DNA of 63,923 nt, filler included, from Lenisia limosa (GCA_001655205.1; 14 parts of 14 records of this genome joined end to end with filler, not necessarily neighbours in it); one strand, 5' to 3'; shown: positions 49,524 to 62,693, counted from the whole stretch's first letter. Notes: a model not told the origin generated them from the letters alone. Made by a program: numbers and translations.

Positions 49524-52215
49524 GTCGGCCTTGGCCTGCGCGTTGAGTGCGACACTACACGCGTCTTGCGCCTCAGCAGCGGCGGCGAGGGCCTCGTCTG
49601 CTTCCTTACGCATGGCGCTCATGTGGCTGTGGAATTCAGCTTCCTGGAGGGGGTGAAGATTGTCCTGAGGTGTTTATATGATACTTGACCTGTTCAAATA
49701 CAATGGGCTTTTTACATGTGATACACATCAGAAATATCGAAAATGAATCGTAATATATCTTAGACTAGAAGATTTGTTCCGCCCTTTACTGTTAAAACTT
49801 GTTATGACCCCCCCCCCCCCNNNNNNNNNNNNNNNNNNNNNNNNNNNNNNNNNNNNNNNNNNNNNNNNNNNNNNNNNNNNNNNNNNNNNNNNNNNNNNNN
49901 NNNNNNNNNNNNNNNNNNNNNNNNNNNNNNCGATCCGAAATGAAGCCCCGCCAGCAACATCCCACAAACCTTTTCAGCAAGGGTTTGCTCGGCAATAAGC
50001 TGTTTCTTCTCCGCCGCAGCGAGCTGAGTGCGGGCCTCCTCAGCGACCTTTTTGGCCTCTTCGGCTTCCTAATATGGTAAGTTACGAATGGGTTCCTAAT
50101 AAGGTTTGATGATTGATTGCATATTTCTCCTTAAACTGATGATTTTCCAAAAATGATCAACTATGATGCTAAAACGGTACCTTGCTCTTTTTATTGACCA
50201 TAGGGAAGCACCTAATGACATCCCATTCATTCTGTACAGTGACCGGGAATAAGGCTTGACCGATTTGCTGCGTGATTTCCCAAGGAAAATAGATCAAGAC
50301 TAATCTCGGTCATATCATATGATATGTACTATCTTCTGCCCACCTTCTCAGCCTTCTCTGCTCTGTCCTGGGCGTTCTTCATCTGTTCTTCAGCCTCGGA
50401 CTGGGCGGCCTGAGCGGCTTCCGACTCGTTTCGCATGATCTCGCAAGTCATCATGGCCTCCCTGAAGATGGTAAGTTGATGGTAAGTTCCTAGTAAGTTC
50501 CTGTTGCTTTTTTTATTGTGGTTGTTTGGATATTTTTAGAGTTGTACCAAAATTAACATTTGAGTTTTATTCCGACATAGTTATATGATGGACGATAATA
50601 TATCATATATACATAGCTATACGTATTATCTACACTGACCATGATAAGTCTGAAACAATTTTCCTGGTCATTGAGCGATTTTCCTATGATGTACAATATG
50701 TATGTAGCTAGCTATGGACATACAGTTACATACATATTGATACAGTATTATATCAATAAGCCACACGGACTTGGCCTGGTTGAGTGCGTGTTTTGAGGCT
50801 GACTCGGCCTCAGCTTCGCGGGTCTTAGCAGCCAACAGGTCTGTAGTAGTATCGGCTAGCTTCTCCTGAGTCTCGGCCAACTATATGGAGTTTGGGAAGT
50901 AAAATGGGAAAATTTATGAAATAAAAAAAACCCAAATCAACTCTGTTGGCTGANNNNNNNNNNNNNNNNNNNNNNNNNNNNNNNNNNNNNNNNNNNNNNN
51001 NNNNNNNNNNNNNNNNNNNNNNNNNNNNNNNNNNNNNNNNNNNNNNNNNNNNNNNNNNNNNNNNNNNNNNNNNNNNNNNNNNNNNNNNNNNNNNNNNNNN
51101 NNNNNNNNNNNNNNNNNNNNNNNNNNNNNNNNNNNNNNNNNNNNNNNNNNNNNNNNNNNNNNNNNNNNNNNNNNNNCGGGCTTCGAGTTCGGCAGCCTTG
51201 TCCATCACAACCTGGAGTGTTATATATTGGCCAGTGTTACTACACCACGGCCTGTATAGTTCATTAATATACCCCACTGAATTGACCGTTGCATACTTTC
51301 AGTGTTAATTTGATTATGTAATCATTCCCTTATTCCTTCACTGGGTGCCTGTATATTGCCATAATTTTTGTTATCCTACATGGCCCCCCAGATTGTTTTT
51401 TGTTATCTCACAGCAAAGTAACAACAGAAGAAACGTAAGATCTTTTTTGCGATGATTTTGATCTTCAAGGTACTGAAAGCCGTTTTCATACACAATATAT
51501 AGGGCTTCCCTTCGGTCCCAAAAAAAAAGATTGGATTTCTCGATAAATCCTCGATAAATATCAATATTTTACCGACCCTTTCGGACCGAAGGGAAGCCCT
51601 AACTGGATGTAGAGGAGTTACCCCAATGAACACCCAACCTCCATAGCGGCTTCAGCAGCAAGTGCAGCCTCGGCTGCGGAATTGCGCTCCTCAACCGCCT
51701 ATTATGGTGAGCGGTGGCTAAAAATGGTTGCTCGTCACAAATTTTATCGATTTCGACCATATTCGCTTGTGTTACATATTACATGTACATGTTTACATGA
51801 TTGGGTTGATTAGTATGCTGGGAGGCACGCAGAAAGCTGTGTGCACAGCGTTGTAAGGCAAAATAATATTATACTATAATCCAATATCTCGTGTAAGCGT
51901 GATGGACGGCTTCGGCCAGATGTAACTTTATTGTAGTTCTCATCTCTACATACCACTATATTATACAGTGACTGAGATAAGTCTTGACCTCTTTTCCTTG
52001 AGAAAGCACACAAATCGGTCAAGACTTATCCCGGTCACTGTATATATGGTAAGACCGTTTCAAAACCCCATAAGGAAAGTCATCCCCCCAACCTGGGCAC
52101 ACTCCTCCTTGGCCATCCTGAGCTGTTGCGAGGCCTCCTCGACTTGGGCGTCTGCCTGGTCCGCCATCATCTCCGCAGCCATAGCCGTCTCCTCCGCGGC
52201 CTGCGGGGGGGGGGG
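49524..52215 (-). CDS. Ala/Glu-rich coiled-coil protein fragment
   Basis: Several exons, e.g. AETQEKLADTTTDLLAAKTREAEAESASKHALNQAKSV and EAEFHSHMSAMRKEADEALAAAAEAQ. Confidence 0.7.
51966..52040. mobile_element. Family D Tc1/mariner-type MITE
   Basis: TA|CAGTGactgagataagtcttgacc...ggtcaagacttatcccggtCACTG|TA. Other copies: 9440-9510, 37046-37115, 50237-50313, 54433-54508, 59074-59151. Confidence 0.88.
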
Positions 52216-52831
52216 NNNNNNNNNNNNNNNNNNNNNNNNNNNNNNNNNNNNNNNNNNNNTTAATTAATTAANNNNNNNNNNNNNNNNNNNNNNNNNNNNN
52301 NNNNNNNNNNNNNNNTGAAACGGACCCCTTCAGAGTTGCATTTTGACTCCTTAAGTGTTAATGCAAATCATCAGTTTTTTTTCAAAAAAAAAACGCTGTT
52401 AAAGTTAGATAAAAATATCCAAAGCCCCCCCCCCCACAGCAATATCCAAGACTGTCCTTCCAAGAGTGGACAGGTGCTGAAAGTTCAGGTCATAGTGGGC
52501 CATCCTGGTCAAGTTAGCAGGAAGACCAATCGGGTCCAATCGGGAGCCAATCGGGATTGGGCAGACACTTCGGCTTGGTCTATCCAAAAATTTGAAGTGA
52601 AATTTTTTGTAGAATCAGTAGAATCAGTAGAATTAAGAGGCAAAAACAGAGAGAAGGGAAGCACATATAAATACCCGAGCATGGGGGAGTAGAGTACATA
52701 ACGGAATTCGGAAATTCGCAGGAAATCGCCGCCTCGCCGCCTGTTAAGTTAAACTTTGCAACTAACCTAGGAGGTGTATAAAATTGCAACTACTTTCCAA
52801 TTAACAAGGTTTCATTGAGTAAGAAGGCAAT

Positions 52832-54317
52832 ATGCGTGTTGCTGAATTTTATGCGGGCAAGGTAAGTCACTTTATCGCTAAGGTCCACTTAATTTTAGAC
52901 TGTCTTCGTTTCTGGTGCAACCGGCTTCATCGGGAAGGTGGGTATTGGCTTTCTGATTTGTGTTGTGCCTGCACTCGCAACATTCCTAGCTTTCAAACCT
53001 CTTTCATTTCTGCAGGTTTTTGTTGAGAAGGTGCTAAGATCATGCCCTGACGTCAAGCGGTTTGAGGGGAATTATTGCTTCCTTCGCTTTGTACGGCTAG
53101 TTCCAACAATGGAGGAGGCTCGATTGTTTCTCTTTCGGCCCCTCTTTTGAGGATGAATAAGTATCATACAATCATGCTCTTNNNNNNNNNNNNNNNNNNN
53201 NNNNNNNNNNNNNNNNNNNNNNNNNNNNNNNNNNNNNNNNNNNNNNNNNNNNNNNNNNNNNNNNNNNNNNNNNNNNNNNNNNNNNNNCTGCCGAACGCCT
53301 GAGTGACGAGCTTCTCAAGTCGCAGGTGGGGTGTAAGAATATAGAGCCTCAAGTTGAAGGTGTGGGTGCACTACGGCTCATTTACTTGGGAATCCCTGTA
53401 ATTTTATGGAAATCGGAGAAAAATTATGGGATTCCCAAATAATCCATGGGAATCCAAGTCGATGCACCGTAGTGTGTAAGAATATAGAGCCTCAAGTTGC
53501 AGGGGGGCATTAGCCTGAAAATGCCTTTTTCTTACCATTTGCAGTGCTTCAGCCGCCTCCGTCTGGAACGCCCCGATTTCGACCAATGGACTGCTGAAGT
53601 TTGCCATGCCATTGCGGGCGATATTTCATGCCCGGATCTCGGTAAAGGGTGCTGTTCGACATTTACATTTCAAATGGTGCGGATTTTTTTCTGAGAATGA
53701 CTCGGTAAGTTAAGGGTGATCATCCAATTACATATACTAGTAGTAGTAATATAAGCCCTAATACCACCCTAAATGATGGGCTGAATGGAGATGACAATTC
53801 AATCAATATAATCATCTTCTTTTTTTCCCATTTAAACATAGTCTCCGATTGTCTTTCCGAAGAACTTTATCGGACCTAGGGCTTCCTTACGTCCGAAAAA
53901 GACCGGTAATATATCGATATTTATCGAGGATTTTTCGAGAAAATCATTATTTTTTTGGGACCGTAGGGAAGACCTAATCGGACCCGTAAGGCTGATTTCA
54001 AACATTTATCCACCCAGGTATCTGTGAGGCGGACTGGCAGACACTTTGTAATGACGTTGACATTTGCGTCAATCTCGCCGCTTCCGTCGACTTCAATCTC
54101 CGTCTTGACCAGGCAGTGCAACAGAACGTCTTGGGCCCCTTGTCATTTCTGAAGGTATGCTGGGGCCTTGTCTTTCGGGTTCAATATTAACAAAGGTGAA
54201 ATAGAGTGCCATTCTTCTCCATTAGGAAACTAAGTAATCCGTCCAGCTCTGCCACGAAGCGAAGCACTTAAAGTCCTTCGTGCACGTGTCGACTGCCTAC
54301 GTTAACGCCTCCAAACC
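52832..54317 (+). CDS. Fatty acyl-CoA reductase (FAR/male-sterility family), 3'-truncated
   Basis: MRVAEFYAGK|TVFVSGATGFIGK|VFVEKVLRSCPDV; AIAGDISCPDLG; VNLAASVDFNLRLDQAVQQNVLG; FVHVSTAYVN. Confidence 0.93.
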
Positions 54318-55164
54318 NNNNNNNNNNNNNNNNNNNNNNNNNNNNNNNNNNNNNNNNNNNNTTAATTAATTAANNNNNNNNNNNNNNNNNNNNNNNNNNN
54401 NNNNNNNNNNNNNNNNNCCCCAATACCATATCCTGTGACCGATAAGTCTTGACCTATTTTCCTTGGTAAATCATAGAGCAAATCGGTCAAGACTTATCCC
54501 TGTCACTGCACATGTATTATATACGTAATAAATGGTAGGAGACGTAACTACTCCATCATATGTTATTTGACACAGCTTTTCCCTATGACATGAGTAATAC
54601 AGGATTATAAAGGTTTTCAAGTTAAGACGAAGCGCACTTTTGTGACAATTGCTGCGGCTTTGGGTTGCAGCAAAAGGGCGTGAGCATGGTACCAGTTCCT
54701 GCGGGGTGAATGAGACTTTGCTTCAGTCCAAAAAAGACTGGTGGGGTATCAATCCACTCGAAAATTACAGAGGATTCATTCAAATTTATCGATATTTTTG
54801 AGGGGTTTATCGAGAATTCAGTCACATTAAAATACTAAGAGATTGAGTCCCCTCCTGAATAAGAAACTGAATTCCTTTTGAGCTTACTTTGAATTGTCAA
54901 TGATTGCAATGATTGCAAGAAGATCTAAGGAGTAAAACAAAGAGGTCAACAAGAAGTACGAGGAAAAGCAGTTTTCCACCAACAAAGACAGGACACTTCG
55001 CGAATTTTCACCATCAATCTTGAAGCACTATCCCACAAACCGCAGATTCTCCGAACGTTTAAACAGAGGCAAATCAGTGCCCTGGTATGACCAATGGAAG
55101 TCTTGCCGAGACCTTTCGCTCTAATTTCGTAAATCAGTCAGGTGTCAAGGATTGATCATAATAT

Positions 55165-55700
55165 TATCCAGTATTTTCAGACTGAAACGGAGCCTTCTCC
55201 CACTTTTTCATCAACTTGTCCATGCCCGGAAGTGACAGAGATGTGAGCTGAAGGGCCTCGAAAGCGTCTGTCATTACCTTGCCGCGGAAGCCGACTGGAT
55301 AGGATAAATATATCATATGATATGTCTTTATGAAAAAAAAACAAAAAACAAACAGTTTTATTGGAAAAGAGTATAGATGATATGATACAGCATGTCGAAA
55401 AGATAAAAAAGAAAATAGCATGCACGCATACGTTTTAAGATATTGAGTAACATTCAAGCACTTGCTATCTACGATTAGTATATATCATATCTGATACTGC
55501 ACACCACAATATAAAATACTATATGATATAGCTATAGAAAAATATAGTATGAGTACACAAAATATCACACGTAACATTGAAACACCCACTCTTAATGCCA
55601 TGCCGGATGATGTTGAGGATGGACTCAATGAGGTCCCGGGTAACCCCATGATAATGTGTTGCAGGCTGCGGTGCCGACAAGAAGTAGGCTGGGGAGGTAA
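55165..55700 (-). CDS. Exon fragments, unknown product
   Basis: GC-richer open segments: YHGVTRDLIESILNIIRHGIKS and GFRGKVMTDAFEALQLTS... Confidence 0.45.
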
Positions 55701-56329
55701 GGCAGATAATTAAATAACAAAAAAAATTCAATGTAAAGAGGGGTAATCGAAACGGGGTACATTTACGAACAAACAAAGCCCAAAATATAGAGGAGTATCT
55801 GGCAAGAACCATCATTTTTGAGAGTTTAATATCAACTCACAGAAAGGCAAAAGGTAAAGATTTTCGAAAATGGTTAGCCGTAAACGCAAAGGTTGAGATA
55901 TCAATACGAATGAAGAAAAAGAATATAAAAAAACCAAGATACGGCCGGTGAAATATTAACCATTCAGCGCTTTATTCGTTCAGTACACCCTGAGAATGTA
56001 CTTTTGTACTAGCTGTGAGGATTTAAAAAGGAAATAAATAATAAAGAGTAAATATAAACGATTATATCCAGTGTATATAATTATATAAAGGGGTCAGGAC
56101 AAATGGGGGTGAGACTGGTAGCTCATAATAGTACACACCACGGGAGAGAAGAATCATCATACCTGAGACTCAGGAGTTCTGGATTTGAAGAAAAGCGCTC
56201 ATCATGAAAAACAANNNNNNNNNNNNNNNNNNNNNNNNNNNNNNNNNNNNNNNNNNNNTTAATTAATTAANNNNNNNNNNNNNNNNNNNNNNNNNNNNNN
56301 NNNNNNNNNNNNNNGGAAAACGGCATAAA

Positions 56330-59300
56330 GTTGAACATTTTGTCTGTTTGATCCAATTCATCATGTTGAAAGGGGGCTGAGTTGTTAAAAATAGGAGGCA
56401 TATTTGGTTTCCTGTGACTGTTACTCTGCATGTGTAACAATCAGTGCTATTCTGCCAGATTATTGACTCATCGTTGGCAGCAATAAACTTCGCAAACTTA
56501 GCATTAAGCAGTCTCAAAAGAGACCCCACCTACCTAAAATAATCCATATTCTCGCCTATTAAAAAAACTATCCGAAAAATGTCCATTATCACCCTACTGA
56601 AAACATCGAGAGGAAGGCAACGAGCGGATTCAATTAGTGTTAAACCTTCACACCCTCCCAAGTAATCTGTGACGTGACGTGGGGAAGAGTGAGTGAGCTG
56701 GAAATGAACTATTATATATGACCTGACCTGCATTTGCATTTTGCATATACTCTCTCAAAGTACTATTATGATATGATATAGTAAATTGTAGAAACTCTAT
56801 TATATCATGATCTAAGCATTGAATAGCTTTCATAACAGCTCCCACCAGAGAATATTTCTCGATAGCGGTCAGAGGGCTGGCTGGTGATCAGCCAAATAAA
56901 GATATTAATGATGAACCCGATGACTCCGGTCTAATTCGGTCAGGGTGAAGAAATAGAGAGTTTACTTAGGTATGATTTGGTCAGTACCACAACTAAAGTG
57001 AAGTAAAGAAATCGAGAGAAAAAGAAGAATAACAAGACAAAAGAGCACAGAACACAGATTATGATAGCAAAGTTTATGTTATTGTAGCTCCAAACAAATA
57101 TTTCAGGGGGGGAGGGGGTCTTCTTTGCTTGTGTTAGGTTCTTTGATAGGTTTTGTTTGGAGGATTGTTATCTGTATCCTTGTCAACCCAACTTACGATA
57201 GCAGTTCCAACAAATCTATGCCAAACTGGACCGTCGTTATTGGCTGCAAATAGGCCCCCGTAGAAGATTATACTGTAGATCATGAACACTAAAATGGTAA
57301 AACTCTAGGTCTGTGGAAGTTGATAGTGCTTGCGTGATGTATTTTGGAGTCGAAATGATGAGACAATGTGTGTCCAGCTCTAGCTATTCAAAGGTGACAC
57401 GATCATATATTATATAGTATAGTCAAAGCTCTGGAAATCATTCAAAATTCACCAGACGCACTAAAACTCCCGGACAGTTTTCCATATAAATCATCATAAA
57501 CCCTCTTTCCCTTTTGTTTTCGAAGTAATTTCAATCTTAATCAAAGGATAAAACGCCTACTTCATATATTGTCGGGTCAAAACCAAATTAAGTCCTTAAG
57601 CTCTCTATTTACGGTCCAAATACTGTCAAAAACACGCAAAACCGTTATAAAAGGCCACATTCAAAGAATAAATCGCACAGTGCCTTTTGAGCATTTTTCT
57701 CTCAAATTCACCATTACATTATCAACGCAAAGGGGAACCCGGAACCAAATACTCCGAGGGGTGCAAATTTTTGTTTCTTAACACTAAAAGAGGGTAAGAT
57801 TCAGAAAAAAATCCTGTGAAAAGNNNNNNNNNNCACGGACTTTTGATATTTGCTCCAAATTGAAAAAAAAAGTCGGGGAATATTAGGAGGTCCATTTCTC
57901 TATGTCTGTCGAAGCAGTTTTTTAAAAAACACTAACATTGGCCTATACAAGGTGTCAACTTCAAGCTGTCCGGGAGTTTTGATGTGTCCGGTGAATTTTG
58001 AATGATGTCCGGAGCTTTGAGGACATAATATATACATATATACATATATATTATATCGATATAAAATAATATCATATGTAGAGTAATTTTTACAGATGTA
58101 CTTATAATATTAATATATGTAGTACGTCAACCCAAAATTATATACCTATGAACGTAAAAGTCTGACATATCTATGTACTATCCCCAGAGATGCCCGAATT
58201 GAATAGATAAGCCAATCGTACAGTAGCCGTAGAAACCAAGGTGGGTATAGGCTCCGGGGACCTTGTCAAGGTTGTCTCTTCTTGAAGGTGAAAAACTAGT
58301 ACAAAAATCAACAAGAAAACATGGATCAAAATATGATATGATACTCAAACTGGTCATAATGAGCATACACAAATTGATCCGCCATATTTGGAACCGCTCC
58401 GCTCACGTCCTCGAAAATGGAAATCTAAATGGAAATCAGGAGGCAAGCTGAAACTAGAATTGATTTTTAAAAAAAAATTTAAATAGAAAGCATAATTTTT
58501 TTTTCCTGGCTAGAGTATCCCAACAGTATCAGATTTAGGCTGTCACACCATGAAAATTGAGCCTGGTTCCTAATTGCATCCATAGTCCACAATAAGCCAC
58601 GCCCAATACATGATTTTTGCCCCCATTCCCCCCTCCTGAGAAATAAAAAAAAGCACGATTTATGGCAGTTTTTGTCAAATAATATNNNNNNNNNNNNNNN
58701 NNNNNNNNNNNNNNNNNNNNNNNNNNNNNNNNNNNNNNNNNNNNNNNNNNNNNNNNNNNNNACAACAGTGAACCCGCCGTCTGTAGTGTTCAGCCGCACA
58801 TCTTTGACCTAACGGGGATAGGGTGAAAAATAGAAACTAATGAAATAAAACCCCACAATTAGAGATATTGGCAGAGCATTTGCGAAACACCCAAGAGTTG
58901 AAAACAACAAAACAAACAAAGCCAAGTCCAGTCGCTTCAACAGGCGGGAGGGGGGTAGGCGGCTTAAGAAATATCAAAAAAAAAATACAGTTGAGGGTAG
59001 GAGGAATATTATTCAGCCGTCTATTAGAACTGAACGGGAAGTTCGCCACTCGAGCTTTGGTTTCGCTTACATACAGAGACCGAGATAAGTCTTGACCGAT
59101 TTTCCTGAGGAAATCATACAGCAAATCGGTCAAGACTTATCCTGGTCCCTGTATATCAATGAGAAAAAAAAAAGTTGTAGCCGAAGCTTAAGAGATATTG
59201 ACATCGATATTTTACCGGTCCTTTTCGGACCGTAGGGAAGCCCTGCATAATAGCCCAGGAAGGCCCGCTCACATAATACATTGGCTCCTGGATGGGAACT

Positions 59301-61900
59301 GCGAACTTTGTTGCGTTCTGACGAGTCAGACTTATGTCATAATAATGGTTATTCTGGAGCCCCATCATCTTTTACACCATTTCTTCTGGACCGAATGGGT
59401 TGTTTCTGTTTATGTGGTTTTGTGTATCAAAGCTGAATTCGGATATTCGCATGCTACTTCTCTCATCCTGATATTCAACCACGTAATATAGTTTGATACA
59501 CTCAGCTGCACAAAGATAACGTGAATGACACGTTGGCTTCAACTATATCATATACGTTGTATTCCTCATTTCAACACAGTGCTGCTCCCCTCTCACCATC
59601 TGAACAGAGAGCTGTATGGATACAATGATGAACCCCAAGACTGTTGCAAAACATGCGCATTTTTCCCCAACCTGAGAAGTAAGTTGAAGCTGAAACCGCA
59701 ACATAAATTGAAATATCAATTAATGGATGCATTGTATGATCCGACTATAGCAGGGATAAACGATCACAATCGAATGTTTAACTCAGACTTCAATAGAAAA
59801 GAGTTAATAGACTTCCTTGGGCAAACAAAATAAAAAACTTAACTATTGGTCAAGTACTCTGGTTTTCTATCCCAATACTCAATGCCACCAAAATAAGCCA
59901 ATATGAAAAGTTAACAGCAACCAGACCCACCGTAAAGTGTCGGATTGAAGGGAACAGAGAGAATACCATAGCGCAGCTCGGGGGAGGTCACAGTTCTTTT
60001 TCAGTGCCAACAACACCACTTCCTTGGAGAGGCGACGACGGTGGTGCTGTATATTATTGGATATTTTGCATTTTTTTGTTTGTAATGCAGATAAAGCAAA
60101 AGCTGAAAGCCACGAAGCAGAAAGCACAACAAAACCAACAACAAAGAGTGCCGGACCACCCAGACCACCCATATCTTGACGACCGCGGTCGAGCCGAGGC
60201 CGAGGAGATCGGTGAAAAGGATGGTTGATGGATATACTATTTATTTTTGAATAAGCTCGGGAACTGTTTTTTTGTTTTTTTTCAGCTGAGGATTTTTGCA
60301 CTAATTGTAGTGAATTGTGTTCTCGTATTGGTATAGGACAAAGTCAGAGTTAGAGAGGAGAGGGAAGAGTCTACCAACTTCAGAAACAAGCAATCATGGC
60401 GTGGAAGGTCTCTCCTGTAGTGCTGGTGCTCTTAATGGCAACATCTTGCTGTTACTGCTGGTATGATAGAATGGTTGAACGTGTTTGTTTGTCCTCCTCG
60501 GTCCTGGTATCATTTCCCCGAATTCCAAACCACGTTTGTCTGAGCGTTTTCTGATACAAAAACACAAGCTGAATTGACATCTTCTCACACTGTGAGAGTT
60601 TTATTTTTGCCTGGACGTGGAGGACTTATCATTCCAAAAGATTATCTTTTCAGGTCCGTTGAATCCAATCAACAAATTGTCACCTCTTCCACTGCTACTG
60701 CCTTGGACTTCGCCACCACAGATGGGAGTTTTAACGATGTTGTTGCTCGAGGTGAGATGGGAGTTGTTGGTGTGACTTTTGCTTTGTTTTGATTTGCCAA
60801 GCAGTTTGACTAGTATCTGTTACTGTTTACTTCTTCGGACTAACAATCTCTTTTAGTCAAGGCTTTGGAGAAAGCAGTCTTCAAAAGAGGTTGGTCCTCA
60901 GGAAATACTGGGACAAAAAGGGCTTTGTGGATATTTCAATATGATATCAAATTGTTTGAAAGGATAATTTCGTTTGGTTCTATGATGAAAAAGGAATCAT
61001 ATTATGGCAACCCAACACCTTCTCAAAGTGAAAATTCATGGCCACTGCAGTTTCAAGCTGCCAAAATGCGACTGCGAGTGGGAACTACATGATTCCTCTT
61101 GTGGATGGCTCGGAGGTGGAAGTCTTCTGTGAAATGGTTAGGGGACACTCCAACGTATCACCCAGTCCTTTTAGCAATTCTCATTTCCTTTTTATTGAGT
61201 GAAATATACATGTACCATTTGTCTGTTTTTTTGACATATTGCTCATGATACCAAATATCACCAAAATAGAGTCTTTTGGGCGGAGGATGGACCATAATTG
61301 GACGGATGGTTGATTCGCCATCCGACGCAACATTCCTTTGGGACCCTATCGATATGGTTTGCACTGGCGCTTCACCAAAGTCCTATAATCTCCAATTGTT
61401 TTTGATGGTTTATCTGGGGGGGGGGGGGGNNNNNNNNNNNNNNNNNNNNNNNNNNNNNNNNNNNNNNNNNNNNNNNNNNNNNNNNNNNNNNNNNNNNNNN
61501 NNNNNNNNNNNNNNNNNNNNNNNNNNNNNNNNNNNNNNNNNNNNNNNNNNNNNNNNNNNNNNNNNNNNNNNNNNGTATCTTATTTTTCACATTGGGGCAG
61601 CTATATTCAGGGTATTGAAGGCACTGGCTTGAGTAATCTTTTATTATGTTCATCACTTCTCATTGTATCCAGTTTGAAGCGAAAGTTGGACCTTTTTCGG
61701 AAGCCACTTTTGGAATTCCTATTAGGTGGGTACAGTTTCGAAATATATCGAGGATTTGTCGTGACTCGTGATAATGGAAATGGGATCACGATGATCCTTA
61801 GATAAGCAGCCCTTTGGCCAGCACCCATCAAGGCTGACCTTATTTTAGGAACCTCGACTTTCCGATTGCTGAAATGATATTCGGCATTGGGAATACGATG
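56330..61900 (-). CDS. Scattered exons of one or more unknown genes
   Basis: AG/GT-bounded open segments, e.g. 58762-58808 VKDVRLNTTDGGFTV and 59970-60045. Gene boundaries were not resolved. Confidence 0.35.
57422..58024. mobile_element. Family F ~600-bp non-autonomous TIR element
   Basis: Left end (57422-57479) caaagctctggaaatcattcaaaattcaccagacgcactaaaactcccggacag is the inverted match of right end 57964-58024. A second left end lies at 62175-62224, cut by the contig edge. Confidence 0.75.
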
Positions 61901-62324
61901 GTGACGTCGGACATTCATGGAATGCATGTATGTTGGGGTCAATTCGACTTCAATAGATATATGACAGACACATATCTAATAATCTTTATCAGACAGATGA
62001 AAGGGTGGGTTAATCATCATATAAAACAGTTATGCATTCATCCCTTCAAGGTATCAGCAAACTTCGACCAACTCAATGCACTTTCACCATTGGCTGTTCC
62101 TGGGGAAACCTGTATTGAGACTGATGTTTGTGGGTGCTCTGGTTGTATTTGAGGGCCGGGTAAAATATATGTGGGTCCTCAAAGCTCCGGACACCATTCA
62201 AAATTCCCGGACACATCAAAACTCNNNNNNNNNNNNNNNNNNNNNNNNNNNNNNNNNNNNNNNNNNNNTTAATTAATTAANNNNNNNNNNNNNNNNNNNN
62301 NNNNNNNNNNNNNNNNNNNNNNNN

Positions 62325-62693
62325 ACCCACCTTCACGAACGTAGAGGTCGTGGCACGTGACGATGCCATCAACACAGTCGCCGTGTTTGGGGCATGGCAC
62401 ACAGGCTAAATGGTCAATGGCAGGTATGCACAATGAATATGGCAGACACACAGCAAATCCAAAACAATCTTGTTCCTTGTTCCTTTGATTGATTCCCGTT
62501 CCTTTGGATCCGCCTTAGAAGCCATACCCCGCCCTCGAACTCTTTTCAGCCCCGATGTGAGAGGGCGACGAGGGGTTAAGGTTGTCACAGAACGGCAAGG
62601 CAGGCTGGGTTGAGGGCATGCCGACAAGAAGCATGATAGCCATGCCAGCGACAAGACTCGTGAAGATGGTGATCAGCATCATGAGATGGCCCT
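62325..62693 (-). CDS. Src1/Man1/HeH-like inner nuclear membrane protein fragment (gene continues upstream)
   Basis: TM segment LMMLITIFTSLVAGMAIMLLVG, then PFCD, then CVPCPKHGDCVDGIVTCHDLYVREG: the C.PCP..G.C..G...C pattern of the Man1-Src1 lumenal domain. Confidence 0.55.
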
